Shown here one piece after another: positions 1 to 11,614 of a stretch of 51,587 nt of DNA. Each line of letters begins with the position of its first letter. The first letter of the stretch is position 1. The notes under the pieces are model-generated. The model ran no database searches and had not been told where the DNA came from. It saw only the letters and a program-made list of their open reading frames with translations. Origin of the DNA: an uncultured Collinsella sp. (GTDB lineage: Bacteria > Actinomycetota > Coriobacteriia > Coriobacteriales > Coriobacteriaceae); contig CABUWA010000001.1 of assembly GCA_902495085.1 (NCBI GenBank), forward strand, positions 1-51,587. The letters run 5' to 3'. The position numbers were made by a program, and so were the translations under genes.

Positions 1-1752
<1,752 letters not shown>

Positions 1753-2093
1753 TTAATCTGTCCTCTACAATCGAAATGCGCTTTAGATCGAGTGATAAAT
1801 AAGACTTGGGTATCCTATTTTGCTAAACCCCCTCATTCTTAACGAAATAGGCAAGGTAATGACTGCGGAATATGACTACCTGAATTGCCCCTTCCATTTT
1901 TCGATGCTCGACCAAGGGAGATTGATTCCGGTTATTTCAGGTTGGTTAATCCAATCAGCCATTTTGAGTAAAAAGTCATCTTCTCGTTCGAAAACAGGAA
2001 GTCCGATATCTTCACCGATGATCGCGTGCCAAATGTTGGTAATGGACTCACTTTGCTTCAACGCTATGAAAAGCGCCAGTATCGAAAATCAAT

Positions 2094-3049
2094 TTATAAT
2101 CCCACAATGATGTGAATTCGTTCGGGCAAATAACGACCGCAAGGTGATACAAGCGAATAAGATCCGGCAAGAGTTAGCGCCCAAACAGCAAATGTCGAAA
2201 CACCAAGTGGAATGACGAATAATCCAAGCAGTTTCCAAACGGCCTTGAGAACAAGTATATGGCAGAGGTAGATTCCAAAAGAGGCGTTCCCAAGGTCAAC
2301 AAGCAAAGTAGAAGATAATCGCGACTTGAATGATCCCGGAACCGCCATAAGAAGCGCGATCACAGCTAAAGAGGTCGCGGCAGAACCGAGCTTAAGCTGA
2401 GTTGTGGCCATATTGAAATCGCCAGTCAAATACCACCAGAAGCCTGCGACCTCCTGAATTATTAAAAATATAAAGAGCACTGCAACAAGCTGAGTGGTTC
2501 GTCCTTCAATGAGCGCAGCCCAACGCCTCCAGTCGAGACCGAAAACATAAAAGATGAGCCACATGGGGCAGAAAACCTGTATTAGAGGCAATGCGATACC
2601 GGCAACGGCAGCGAGCTCCCTTAGAAGCAAGCAAGCCGGTGTCACACAATAGACAAAGAACCTATACCGTGAAAGGAGCCTGAACAGTACCGGAGTAAGC
2701 AGCACAAGCTGTGAATAGACCAATAGATAGTACATCTGAGCCGATACGGAGCCCACGGCGAACGCCAGAAACCCAGACGCCCATGAAGGGCGGGAAACGC
2801 CGCAAGATAGATAACGCTCCAGAACGCATAAGGTCCGGCAACCTTGCTAATGCGGCGTCGAAGACCCCCCCCCGCATTAAATTTGCGCTCGTCGGTAAGA
2901 ACACCGGATAAAAACAAAAACAACGCAACAGAAAAGTTGAGGAATGGGCGAATGGCGACCGACGCGGCACATTGAGGAAGACAGTGGATAAGCACCACTG
3001 CGGAAATCGCAAGCCCACGAAGAGCTTGAAGGTAGCGATCCTTGGCCAT
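2094..3049 (-). pseudogene. Acyltransferase-3 family (O-acetyltransferase-like) membrane protein, frameshifted at about 2795
   Basis: The N-part has LRGLAI..V.LIH, V.LFLFLSG and RRRISKV..PYAFWS.IY. The C-part (ORF 2094-2756) has YYLLVY.Q and LGNASFGIYLCH. The two parts join after a one-base shift near GCG GCG TTT CCC. Confidence 0.8.
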
Positions 3050-4267
3050 CTAGGCTCTCCTTCCAACGAGTCTCTTTAGTCGTCGTTTAATACCACCAAG
3101 CTTGCCGCGGACACGCTGCCAGAGAGTGGGACGGAAATCCCACTTGTCCATGAGATCTGGGATGGAAAGCCCGGCAGACACGTCGTTCAAGAACTCGTCG
3201 CGCTTTGGATAAGGCGTGACAGAATGGACGAGGCTAGGGTTGCCCGCGATTACCCCATCAAGCGTCGCCGGACCGTTTGCAGTAAGCCCAGAAATAGCCT
3301 CGAATGCCCGCACGCCCTTCTCGGTATTGCATAGGACGGCAGATACGCCCTTGGAGTTGTCGACCTCGGGATGGGTATTCTGGAACCCCCAGAAGTCACC
3401 GAGCGTGATATCGGCGCCGCTGGAGCGCTTTGCTGGACATGCCAGACAGGACGAACGAAGGCTCGCATTGGCCAGAAACGCTTTCATGTACCAGTCTTTG
3501 CCGAATATCTGGGACTCGGTGTCCCCGGTGTTGTCTTTCTCCGCTATGTGCTTGTACATAGCGGAGTAAGACAACCATCCGGTTGTCTTACTCCGCATAT
3601 TGACGTCGCAGACGTCCGACCCGAAGGCCTCACCACGGTAGTCGACCCAGCGCGACCAGAGCTCTGGAGACGGAACACCGTGGCAGATGACGTCGACGCC
3701 GAGGAAGAGGTCAGAGTCGGCGAGTTTCCCCAGGTATGAGCGCATGCCAGCCACCTGGCATGCAGTACCGGCAAAGAGCGCCGGCCTGCCTTCACGCAGG
3801 GCAGCGCGGACGCCCTCGAAGACGCCGCGGCCAACCGCGCTCTGAACGTATTTCGAGCGCATAACGGCGCCGAGCGCCGGCCTGTCCTCCACGAGCACGT
3901 GACGAAGCTCGCGGCAACCGTCCGTCCACGCGGCGCCCGCCACAACACCGCCGCGCGAGAGAGCGTCACCGGCGAGTAGACCGAACACGCCGCCCGACGA
4001 CGATCTATCGAGCAAGCCGACGTCATGAGCCTTCGCCCAGAGGGCGAACTCGCACCCGTCCTCCCCAGGGGCGTTGAGCGCCGGGCATACGGCGTCGCAC
4101 GCCCCGCAGCCTACGCACCCGGAGGCGTCGACGGTGGGGTGTAGGAAGCCACAATCATCGGGTTCCATGGAGATGCATGACTTGGGGCAGCGGGCAGCGC
4201 ACGCGCCGCAGCCGCAGCAACGGTCGCCAAGCGAGACGACCCTCGGGGATTTCTCGGAATCATTCAT
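3050..4267 (-). CDS. Coenzyme F420 hydrogenase/dehydrogenase beta-subunit-like (FrhB-like) Fe-S protein, copy 1
   Basis: Two N-terminal CxxCxxCxxxCP ferredoxin motifs, then SSSGG, SKYVQS, GTACQ, DVICHGVPS and DITLGDFWG. Confidence 0.88.
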   Translation of the reverse strand: MNDSEKSPRVVSLGDRCCGCGACAARCPKSCISMEPDDCGFLHPTVDASGCVGCGACDAVCPALNAPGEDGCEFALWAKAHDVGLLDRSSSGGVFGLLAGDALSRGGVVAGAAWTDGCRELRHVLVEDRPALGAVMRSKYVQSAVGRGVFEGVRAALREGRPALFAGTACQVAGMRSYLGKLADSDLFLGVDVICHGVPSPELWSRWVDYRGEAFGSDVCDVNMRSKTTGWLSYSAMYKHIAEKDNTGDTESQIFGKDWYMKAFLANASLRSSCLACPAKRSSGADITLGDFWGFQNTHPEVDNSKGVSAVLCNTEKGVRAFEAISGLTANGPATLDGVIAGNPSLVHSVTPYPKRDEFLNDVSAGLSIPDLMDKWDFRPTLWQRVRGKLGGIKRRLKRLVGRRA

Positions 4268-4275
4268 GATGGACC

Positions 4276-5781
4276 CTATCTAAGGAACGGGAGACGAGAG
4301 ACGACCGCGATACGTTCGTCCTTCGTTAGGACGGCGAGCCAAAGGGCTATGGCGAAAAGCGCGCTGTAAACGGCGCCCCACTCGAGGAACGCGGGCCATC
4401 CGTTGACGGGCAGGACCGCCGTGCCAGCGAGGCAGGCGACGGTGACGGCAGCCCAGGCGAGCAGCACCGGCAGGTTCCGCTTCCAGAAAAAGAGCATGTC
4501 GAGACCGACCCGCTTCTGGTAGTACCAGTTCATCCACAGTCCGTTGCCGAGCACGATGCTGACGACATAGGCGATCGCGGGGGCCCACGGCCCCAGCGCC
4601 GGGGCGGCCGCGGCGGTGAAGGCAACGTTCCCGACCGCCATCGCAAGGTAGACGAGACTCCTGGCGTGGTGCATGTTCTTGGCCCTCTGGATCTCGATGC
4701 CGACGTTCTGACAGAGGGGCACCATGACGGGTAGCGTCATGGCGAGCACGAGCCAGTAGGCCTCGGCGAAGCCCGGGCCCGCCCACCTCGTCACGAAAAA
4801 CTTCCCGAGAATAGCGAAACCTCCGTACACCCAGCAAAACAGTACCATCTGGTAGCGGCCCACGCGCGTCATAAGGCGAGTGAGCTCGGCGTTGTCGTCC
4901 GAGGTGGCGACGATGCGGTTGACCTTCGGAATAAAGACGTTCGACATCGTGGTGGAGAGCGAGTAGAAGACCTGGCGGATGTTTACGGCCACCGCGAACA
5001 GAGATACCGCAGTCGCGCCCGAGATGGCCCCCAGCATGATGTTGGGCACGCTCTGATTGACCATCTCGCAGACCTGGTTACCGAAGATCCAGGCACTGAA
5101 GGCGGCGATGCCGCGCATGACGCCCCAGTCGGCACCCCTGAGCTCGAAGCGCATGCCCAGCACGACGATGGCGTAGCGCGCGTTGAGGGCGAGCAGGACG
5201 AGGTTCACCGCGAGCTGTGCTAGGGCAACGCCCACGGGCCCCATACCGGCGGCCAGCAGGGCCCAGGCGCACAGCGGCGTCGCAAGCGTGGTGACGAGCT
5301 GCCTGGTCTGCTGGTAGACGAAGCGCTCGTGCGCCGTGATGTAGGAATTGAACACGACGGTGAACAACGTCGAGGCGACGTTGAGCGTCATGATGGCGAG
5401 CAGCTCCCGGGCGAGCGAGACCTGCGCCTCGGTGAACCCGGCCGAGAACACCGCGCCGGCGTTTGCGGAGAAGCCCATGCCGAGGGCGACCGCCGCGGCT
5501 GTGACGGCGACGTAAAGCGTGAGGTACATGCCGTTCAGGTGCCGGATGTCGCGCTCGCCGCCGTGCGCCACCGTCTGCGTGTAGAAGCGCACGTAGGCCT
5601 CGGAGAAGCCGAAGGACAGGAGCGTCAGCGAGAAGACAAAGGAGTTCGAGCTCTGGAAGACGCCGTAGTCCGCCTGCCCCACGTAGGACAGTAGCATCGG
5701 CGTGTAGACGAGGTTGACGAGGTTCTTTGCGAGGATGTTGGCGTAGCCGAGGAGGGCGCCCGCCTTACGCTGGCTAGCCAC
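4276..5781 (-). CDS. wzx: Oligosaccharide flippase (Wzx, MATE-like)
   Basis: 501 aa with many hydrophobic segments. The N-terminal 'GALLGY...LVYTP.L...GQADYG' pattern fits polysaccharide flippases, as does the locus context. Confidence 0.85.
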   Translation of the reverse strand: MASQRKAGALLGYANILAKNLVNLVYTPMLLSYVGQADYGVFQSSNSFVFSLTLLSFGFSEAYVRFYTQTVAHGGERDIRHLNGMYLTLYVAVTAAAVALGMGFSANAGAVFSAGFTEAQVSLARELLAIMTLNVASTLFTVVFNSYITAHERFVYQQTRQLVTTLATPLCAWALLAAGMGPVGVALAQLAVNLVLLALNARYAIVVLGMRFELRGADWGVMRGIAAFSAWIFGNQVCEMVNQSVPNIMLGAISGATAVSLFAVAVNIRQVFYSLSTTMSNVFIPKVNRIVATSDDNAELTRLMTRVGRYQMVLFCWVYGGFAILGKFFVTRWAGPGFAEAYWLVLAMTLPVMVPLCQNVGIEIQRAKNMHHARSLVYLAMAVGNVAFTAAAAPALGPWAPAIAYVVSIVLGNGLWMNWYYQKRVGLDMLFFWKRNLPVLLAWAAVTVACLAGTAVLPVNGWPAFLEWGAVYSALFAIALWLAVLTKDERIAVVSRLPFLR

Positions 5782-6853
5782 GGGCGGCCTCCGAGGGAAT
5801 GCTCAATCCACATCTATCGAGGAATTCAACAACGATCTTCCTCTGAGCTGCCAACCTGTCATACGCCTTTGAATAGTCACTCTCGAGCAGTTCCGAATTA
5901 CATACGGAAAGAATTGACCGCTCAACGAAAGAAACACCCAGCTCGCTGGCTAGCGTGTCGAATCGGCTGCTCATGTCTGGACCAGTGGACTCACGAGGGC
6001 AATAAATCAGCGGCTTCCCGAACAAGATCGAGAAAATTGATCCGTGATATGAATCTGTCGCTACAAGCTTTGCGTGACGGACGGCATAGAGGAACTCTGA
6101 AGGCCCGAGGGCGTAGTAGCGCGCATCCCCTAGTAAATCGACCCTCTTGCAGCTAAGTGAATCACAGATTTCGGCAACCCTCTCTTCGTAAGCTGCACTC
6201 CCGAGGAAGTACGTCAATACATAATCATTTGGAAGCCCGCAGTGCGGCTCTTTTTCATACCTTTCCCACCAGGAGCCGTCAAACATCAGTGTTGGGTCAA
6301 TCAACACCTCGGCCTTTAAGCCGTACAGACTGTTTATAAGCTCGGCGCTCTTCTGCTCACGAACGGACAGCCTATCAAACCCGTCGAAATAGCCGTGGAA
6401 CAGCTCACGCTTCTCCTCGGGAATCGTCGGAGCTGCCAAGCTTGGCGAAAAAGCAATGCGCTTTTCTCTTGGCGAAAACGTGAGAAACATAGTGGAGTTA
6501 GCGTCAGGGGAATACGGAGACCAAACTTGGTCGCTCCCAGCAACGAAAAAGTCATAGGATTTAATGTCACGTGGAGGGTTGGAATCAGATATAACCTCCC
6601 GGCTAAAGGAAATGTTACGGGAATTGAAATCCTCAAACGAACGATGCCTCTGGATGTGGGCAACGGCAAGCCCCTTTGGAATGAGCGAAGCCAAAGACTT
6701 GAGCTTGTATTTGGCAGATCTCGAGTCCTTCTGTCTGAACGTAAGGACATCTGCACCCGAGAGTTTGAGAGTTTCTTGGACAGCAAGGTTCTGGAGCCTC
6801 TGCCCATAGTTGTCCCCATGCGTAAATGTGGAAATGCCTATTTTCATGTTCAA
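5774..6853 (-). CDS. Polysaccharide pyruvyl transferase family protein, copy 1
   Basis: NYGQRLQ, AGSDQVW, LSVRE, IDPTL and TDSYHG motifs. Confidence 0.9.
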   Translation of the reverse strand: MNMKIGISTFTHGDNYGQRLQNLAVQETLKLSGADVLTFRQKDSRSAKYKLKSLASLIPKGLAVAHIQRHRSFEDFNSRNISFSREVISDSNPPRDIKSYDFFVAGSDQVWSPYSPDANSTMFLTFSPREKRIAFSPSLAAPTIPEEKRELFHGYFDGFDRLSVREQKSAELINSLYGLKAEVLIDPTLMFDGSWWERYEKEPHCGLPNDYVLTYFLGSAAYEERVAEICDSLSCKRVDLLGDARYYALGPSEFLYAVRHAKLVATDSYHGSIFSILFGKPLIYCPRESTGPDMSSRFDTLASELGVSFVERSILSVCNSELLESDYSKAYDRLAAQRKIVVEFLDRCGLSIPSEAARG

Positions 6854-8232
6854 ACCTGTTCTTCGTCTCTATCAATAATCAAATAGTCTGCAGCCGAGGA
6901 ATTCCACGACCAAGCCAGCGCTCCACAGAGCAGCAGTAGGCACAAGCAGCAGTTCACCCTTGTAAAGCACTGCGTATACAGAAAGGTAATAAGAATTGTT
7001 AGCAAAAGGAGCAAACGAACAATCCGGCCATTAGATCCTTTTTCCTGCTCCATAAACTCACTAACCACGGAGTGGAAAAACGCTACATACGCTGCCGTCT
7101 CCCAAACCCCCATGAGAATCAAGAAAGACCCCATATCCGCTTGACCAAAGTGGTTAAACGACATGAACCCGGACGCGTAGAAGCTTGAGGCTCCAAGGCC
7201 CTCTCCGAGACTCCATGTAGCCGGTCTCAAGAGAGCGAAGCCGATGATAGCAATCCTCTCGTTACTGCCGTCGGCAGCAGTACCGACGGAAGCTGAACTG
7301 CCAACCATATCGAACAGACCAAACACTTGCGTATCCACGAGGATCTGGAACGCAGGCACCAAGGCGTATGCAATTGTCAGGATAAAAGACAAGGCGACAA
7401 GCCAAAAGAAGGGACCCGAAACATCCGCTTCTCCTCTCATGACTGAAATAAGCCAGAACATCACTAAAACGAGAGGAAGGATTATGAAGAGCGCCTTATT
7501 ATCGTTGAGTGTCGCAAGATAGAAGGACAGGACGATAAGGCAGACGTTGTAAGCGATGGCAAGGGATGGCCAGAGAGGACCCCGAAGCCTCCTAATCCAG
7601 ACGAAGTTGTAGAGCACGACGAATGAAGTGTAAAGGGCCACCGCATGGACGGACGCATAAGAGAACAGGCCGGAGATATTGTCCTCGAAGTAACTGATGT
7701 CGTTCGTTGTCGCAGCGATCATCCCATGGGTAGAGTACTGGATAAACATGATCGCCATATTGAGAAGCAATATGGCGTTGAAGACCGGAAAACCTGCATC
7801 AAAGAGTCCAAGAAGAAAATCCCTCTTGTTAGTGACCAAAAGAAAGAAGTAAAGCGTATAGACAAACGGGTAGAGGAGCAGCAATATATTCGCCCTAAAC
7901 GTTTCCATATTGCCACCCAAGAGGGCACCAGACAGCCACCCTGCAACGGTAATCAGCCCAAGTAGTAGCGCTCTACCGCTATATTTCCATCCGGAGAAGA
8001 GCGCCCTCACGCAAATCATGCCGGTAATTACCCAGTTGAGGTATCGCCCCAGACCATAGTACTCAAGGAAGAAAACCTGCGCCAAGATACCTATAACGAT
8101 CGTCGCATCCGCCAGGTCACCCATGCAAACGGTTAGAACGCCTTGCTTATTAGGGAGATACCAACGACCTCTTCGACCAGCCCGCTCCTCCGCTTTATTT
8201 ATAACGAGCCTCGCATGCCTATGATCTTGCAT
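6850..8232 (-). CDS. Putative polysaccharide polymerase (Wzy)
   Basis: About 460 aa polytopic membrane protein, low GC, between glycosyltransferases and the flippase. ATG 8232 has a GGAGG RBS. Function is inferred from topology and context. Confidence 0.65.
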   Translation of the reverse strand: MQDHRHARLVINKAEERAGRRGRWYLPNKQGVLTVCMGDLADATIVIGILAQVFFLEYYGLGRYLNWVITGMICVRALFSGWKYSGRALLLGLITVAGWLSGALLGGNMETFRANILLLLYPFVYTLYFFLLVTNKRDFLLGLFDAGFPVFNAILLLNMAIMFIQYSTHGMIAATTNDISYFEDNISGLFSYASVHAVALYTSFVVLYNFVWIRRLRGPLWPSLAIAYNVCLIVLSFYLATLNDNKALFIILPLVLVMFWLISVMRGEADVSGPFFWLVALSFILTIAYALVPAFQILVDTQVFGLFDMVGSSASVGTAADGSNERIAIIGFALLRPATWSLGEGLGASSFYASGFMSFNHFGQADMGSFLILMGVWETAAYVAFFHSVVSEFMEQEKGSNGRIVRLLLLLTILITFLYTQCFTRVNCCLCLLLLCGALAWSWNSSAADYLIIDRDEEQV

Positions 8233-9496
8233 TGAGTACCTCCAGCAGCACACGTTCAATCAGCCTCGTGTGCATGTGAACTCCCGTGTTGAGACCTACC
8301 GAGGAGCATGGAAGCAGGTCTACGATCTCATCTGAATCGACAAGATCGAGCGGACCAGGCTTTCCGCTCCTGAAACGATTGACCTCCCTGATAAGCCGGC
8401 TCTTATCCCTAAACAGCCCGATTAGCTCCTCCTCGTTATTCAGCACCAAACCGGACCCATGCTCAACGACAAAGTCGGCGACATTGCCTGCACATGCACT
8501 CGAAATCGTATAAGCGTTTGCGGAGTAAGATTCCATACAGGTGTAGCTATAGGTCTCTGGGCAAGATGGCCACATGACAACGATGGCAATCTCGCACTCC
8601 CTGAGAGAGTCGGTCATGGCATTTGGGTGCTTCTCATCAAATTCGACAAACCGCTTGTTCATCCCTGGATACATATCGTTCGAGCTGTTGAAGACGAAGA
8701 ACTCGTACTCTTGTTCATCGACCGCAGATACGAGGCGAAGCCAGGTCTCCCAGCCCTTTGTCTTCCTCGGCATCCCCAGAAAGGCAACCCTGATGCGCTC
8801 CCCTGCGTTCAGAGGACGTCTGTTGCCCAGATACTCTCCAAGCAGCTTTTGGTGCGGTATTACATCAACAAGGCCCTCGTATTGGGGCCTGAATGAGAGG
8901 AACCGATTCTTCGTATAGGTCGAAGGTGCAACAAAACGGAGATTTTTGATGGAGTCAAACAGCCCTTGGATCTTCGACTCCACACGAAGGCTGTTACTGA
9001 AGTGGGGGCATTTCTCGCAGGGAGCGTCGCCGAGCCTTGAGCTGTCACAAAAGCCGCTCCTATTTTGGAGGTTATAGCTTGTACAACACAGGTAATAGTC
9101 GTGGAGAAAGGCCCTGACCGGTGTTTTGCCTGTAACTTTTAGCAGTTCGGAGACTTTCTCAAGGCTCACGTACAGAAGGTGGTGGATATGAAGCTCAAGA
9201 AGGCTGAAGCCGCTTTTTTGCCAGCTGCAAAGGGCCTCGCACACCTGGGCAATACTGAAAACACCAGCCTCCACCCCGTCGACCGTAACCCCGAATTCGC
9301 AAAATAGCATCTGGTCGTCCCTGAACAGGGTCTTCTTAACCGAGTGGAGATAGACGTAACTTATGCCGTGCGACGCCATGGCCTGCTGATTCGCCATAAT
9401 AGCCTTTGGGGTGCCGGTCTTGTCCTTGAGATAGTCGCAAAAGGCAAGCGCTAGGACGTACCCACTATTGTGCGGTTTGGGGATGCTTTTACTCAT
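8219..9496 (-). CDS. Glycosyltransferase, GT-B/family 4-like
   Basis: HDYYL.C, PS.Y, KTKGW and WPSCPETYSYTCMES motifs. Confidence 0.75.
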   Translation of the reverse strand: MSKSIPKPHNSGYVLALAFCDYLKDKTGTPKAIMANQQAMASHGISYVYLHSVKKTLFRDDQMLFCEFGVTVDGVEAGVFSIAQVCEALCSWQKSGFSLLELHIHHLLYVSLEKVSELLKVTGKTPVRAFLHDYYLCCTSYNLQNRSGFCDSSRLGDAPCEKCPHFSNSLRVESKIQGLFDSIKNLRFVAPSTYTKNRFLSFRPQYEGLVDVIPHQKLLGEYLGNRRPLNAGERIRVAFLGMPRKTKGWETWLRLVSAVDEQEYEFFVFNSSNDMYPGMNKRFVEFDEKHPNAMTDSLRECEIAIVVMWPSCPETYSYTCMESYSANAYTISSACAGNVADFVVEHGSGLVLNNEEELIGLFRDKSRLIREVNRFRSGKPGPLDLVDSDEIVDLLPCSSVGLNTGVHMHTRLIERVLLEVLNARS

Positions 9497-9497
9497 A

Positions 9498-10436
9498 TCA
9501 TCGCTTCCCAAACAAGAGGAGAGATCTATTGAAAAGGCCCTCTTGTAGACTGCCGAAATTCAGCCTCGAAGAGAAAGAAACCCTGCACCTAGCCATGAAA
9601 GAAGCGTCCATTTTCGATACCAACTCTCCAAGAGCACGCTCTGGAGGAAGAATGCAGTCGGAATAAGTTGAAAGAAGTCCAGTAACTTGCTTTGCAAGAG
9701 TAATCTCTCGCGGATGACAAAAACTATTGATTTTCTCAATCACTTTAGATGGTAAATCAGTACTCACACCGACCACATTACGACCATGCTGGCGATATCC
9801 CATATGAGGAGAAGCATCGAAAACAATCCGATAACCCAGCAGCACGCATAGATTAGCTATCAGCTTATCATGCATGATGACGGGATGGGGCAGCTCATGC
9901 AAGCAAACAACTTCCCAAATACGCCTATCAAATACTTGCGTACATCCCATAGGTGACCCAATGCAAAGCTGGTTGAGAGGGTCGTTATCTCGATAAGATA
10001 TGCACCTTTGTTGCCCATAGGTTAACCGGCCCATCTCATTACCAGCTGAATCTACAAGTCTTGAATTGCAATGATAAAGAGCCAAATTCTCCTGCTTCTT
10101 AAGCTGTTTAATCGCAGTTATCAGTTTATCGCTATCCCAAATATCATCTTGGTCGGAAAACGCATAGTAATCAGCTTCGGGAGCATTCCGCAACAACGTC
10201 AAAAACCCTAAAGCAGGTCCTAGGTTTTCTCCTGTTAACAAAGTCAGACTGCCCTCATCTGCATAGCGCTGCAGAAGATCACGAGTACCATCAGATGACC
10301 CGTCATCACGGACAAAAAGACGTACGTCAACTTCAGCCTGCGAGAGAATGCTGTCAATTTGTTCTGAAATAAATGGGATGCCGTTGTATGACGCCATTAA
10401 TACGACGCACTTTGGCACCTTGGAATTACTCAACAT
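9498..10436 (-). CDS. Glycosyltransferase family 2 (rhamnosyltransferase-like)
   Basis: MASYNG, EQIDSIL.Q, VRDDGSSD, FSDQDDIW, MHD and YRQHG.NVVG motifs. Confidence 0.9.
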   Translation of the reverse strand: MLSNSKVPKCVVLMASYNGIPFISEQIDSILSQAEVDVRLFVRDDGSSDGTRDLLQRYADEGSLTLLTGENLGPALGFLTLLRNAPEADYYAFSDQDDIWDSDKLITAIKQLKKQENLALYHCNSRLVDSAGNEMGRLTYGQQRCISYRDNDPLNQLCIGSPMGCTQVFDRRIWEVVCLHELPHPVIMHDKLIANLCVLLGYRIVFDASPHMGYRQHGRNVVGVSTDLPSKVIEKINSFCHPREITLAKQVTGLLSTYSDCILPPERALGELVSKMDASFMARCRVSFSSRLNFGSLQEGLFNRSLLLFGKR

Positions 10437-10482
10437 ATGGATTACCTTATCATTAATGCCTAAAGCAAACGCTCTCGATGTG

Positions 10483-11610
10483 TTAACCCCTGAGCAAACC
10501 CAGTGCAAGCAGTATATCCTTGACCAAGTACTTGGCGCAGTCTTTTGGCCTCGCCCTGAGAACGAGTCGGTTAACCCGTACCCCGTTACGAAAGCCGTCC
10601 ATAAAGGTATTTCTTTCTATAGGCTTCGTCGAAGGACGTTGAAGCTGTTCATTGTTGGCCACAGCTAGACCAGGATCAACCGGCAAAAGCTCAAGGTCCG
10701 TCATTTCTAACAGTTCTCGACCCTTGTCTGTCTGCACAAGTGCGAGGGATATCCCGTTCGCGACCTCATCAGAAAGCTCGCTACCCCATGAATCGCCAAG
10801 CGTAATATCGGAGACACGATCACCCTTGGCGTAGCGGCAGGAGTAGCAGCCTTCCGTATACGGTAAACCCGAGAGGAAAGCAATCGAGTAGCGATCGCGG
10901 ACACCCGTCCTACCCACAGTTTCAGCTCCGCGATAGCGGAGCTGAAACTGGACTTTCTTTCGAAAGTCCAGTATCAGCTCATTAGACAGGTTGTTACCTG
11001 TCTCTTCCAAGAATCGGCTCAGGACCTTGGGGGACGGTGAACCATGACAGATAAGGTCGATGGTGTAAAGGGAATCGGCTAAACGGCTTCCAACGAAGTT
11101 ACGCATCGCAGCAACCTGACAAGGAAGACCGATAAAGAGAACCCTTTGACCACCTTGCAGGGCCTCCCTAACCTCGCGGTACGCACCAAGCGGATTGCTT
11201 TTGACGTATTTGGAGCCTTGGGCCCTCCTCAAGTAATCCGCATCAGAAGTGAGGTGGAACCGGAACTCACCGCCCTCCTGTGCACATGAACACACTAATC
11301 CATTTGACGCCACAAACGCCTCCGAGATGGCCGTAGCCAGACCCCCGGACGAAGATGACATTCTGAGCGATGTATCTTTCGCCCACCCCTGTAGCCACTC
11401 GAGAGGACGCAACGAAGATGGGGATACCATCTGGGGACACGTTTTCTCGCACAGTCCACATCCCACGCACCTTGTAGGATCAATACGGGCGTTATACGCC
11501 TCAATCGTATCCTCAATGGCAATCGCTCCATGTCGGCATGAATCGACGCAGGCCATACAGCCAGCGCACATATCCTTCTTGCATACCGTCCTAGTGCCAA
11601 CGTTTGACAA
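10483..11610 (-). CDS. FrhB-like Fe-S protein, copy 2
   Basis: CAGCMAC..SC, CVGCGLC..TCP, SSSGG, GSKYVKS, GLPCQ, DLICHG and DITLGDSWG motifs. TTG start at 11610 follows GAGGAG. Confidence 0.88.
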   Translation of the reverse strand: MSNVGTRTVCKKDMCAGCMACVDSCRHGAIAIEDTIEAYNARIDPTRCVGCGLCEKTCPQMVSPSSLRPLEWLQGWAKDTSLRMSSSSGGLATAISEAFVASNGLVCSCAQEGGEFRFHLTSDADYLRRAQGSKYVKSNPLGAYREVREALQGGQRVLFIGLPCQVAAMRNFVGSRLADSLYTIDLICHGSPSPKVLSRFLEETGNNLSNELILDFRKKVQFQLRYRGAETVGRTGVRDRYSIAFLSGLPYTEGCYSCRYAKGDRVSDITLGDSWGSELSDEVANGISLALVQTDKGRELLEMTDLELLPVDPGLAVANNEQLQRPSTKPIERNTFMDGFRNGVRVNRLVLRARPKDCAKYLVKDILLALGLLRG

Positions 11611-11614
11611 TGCC

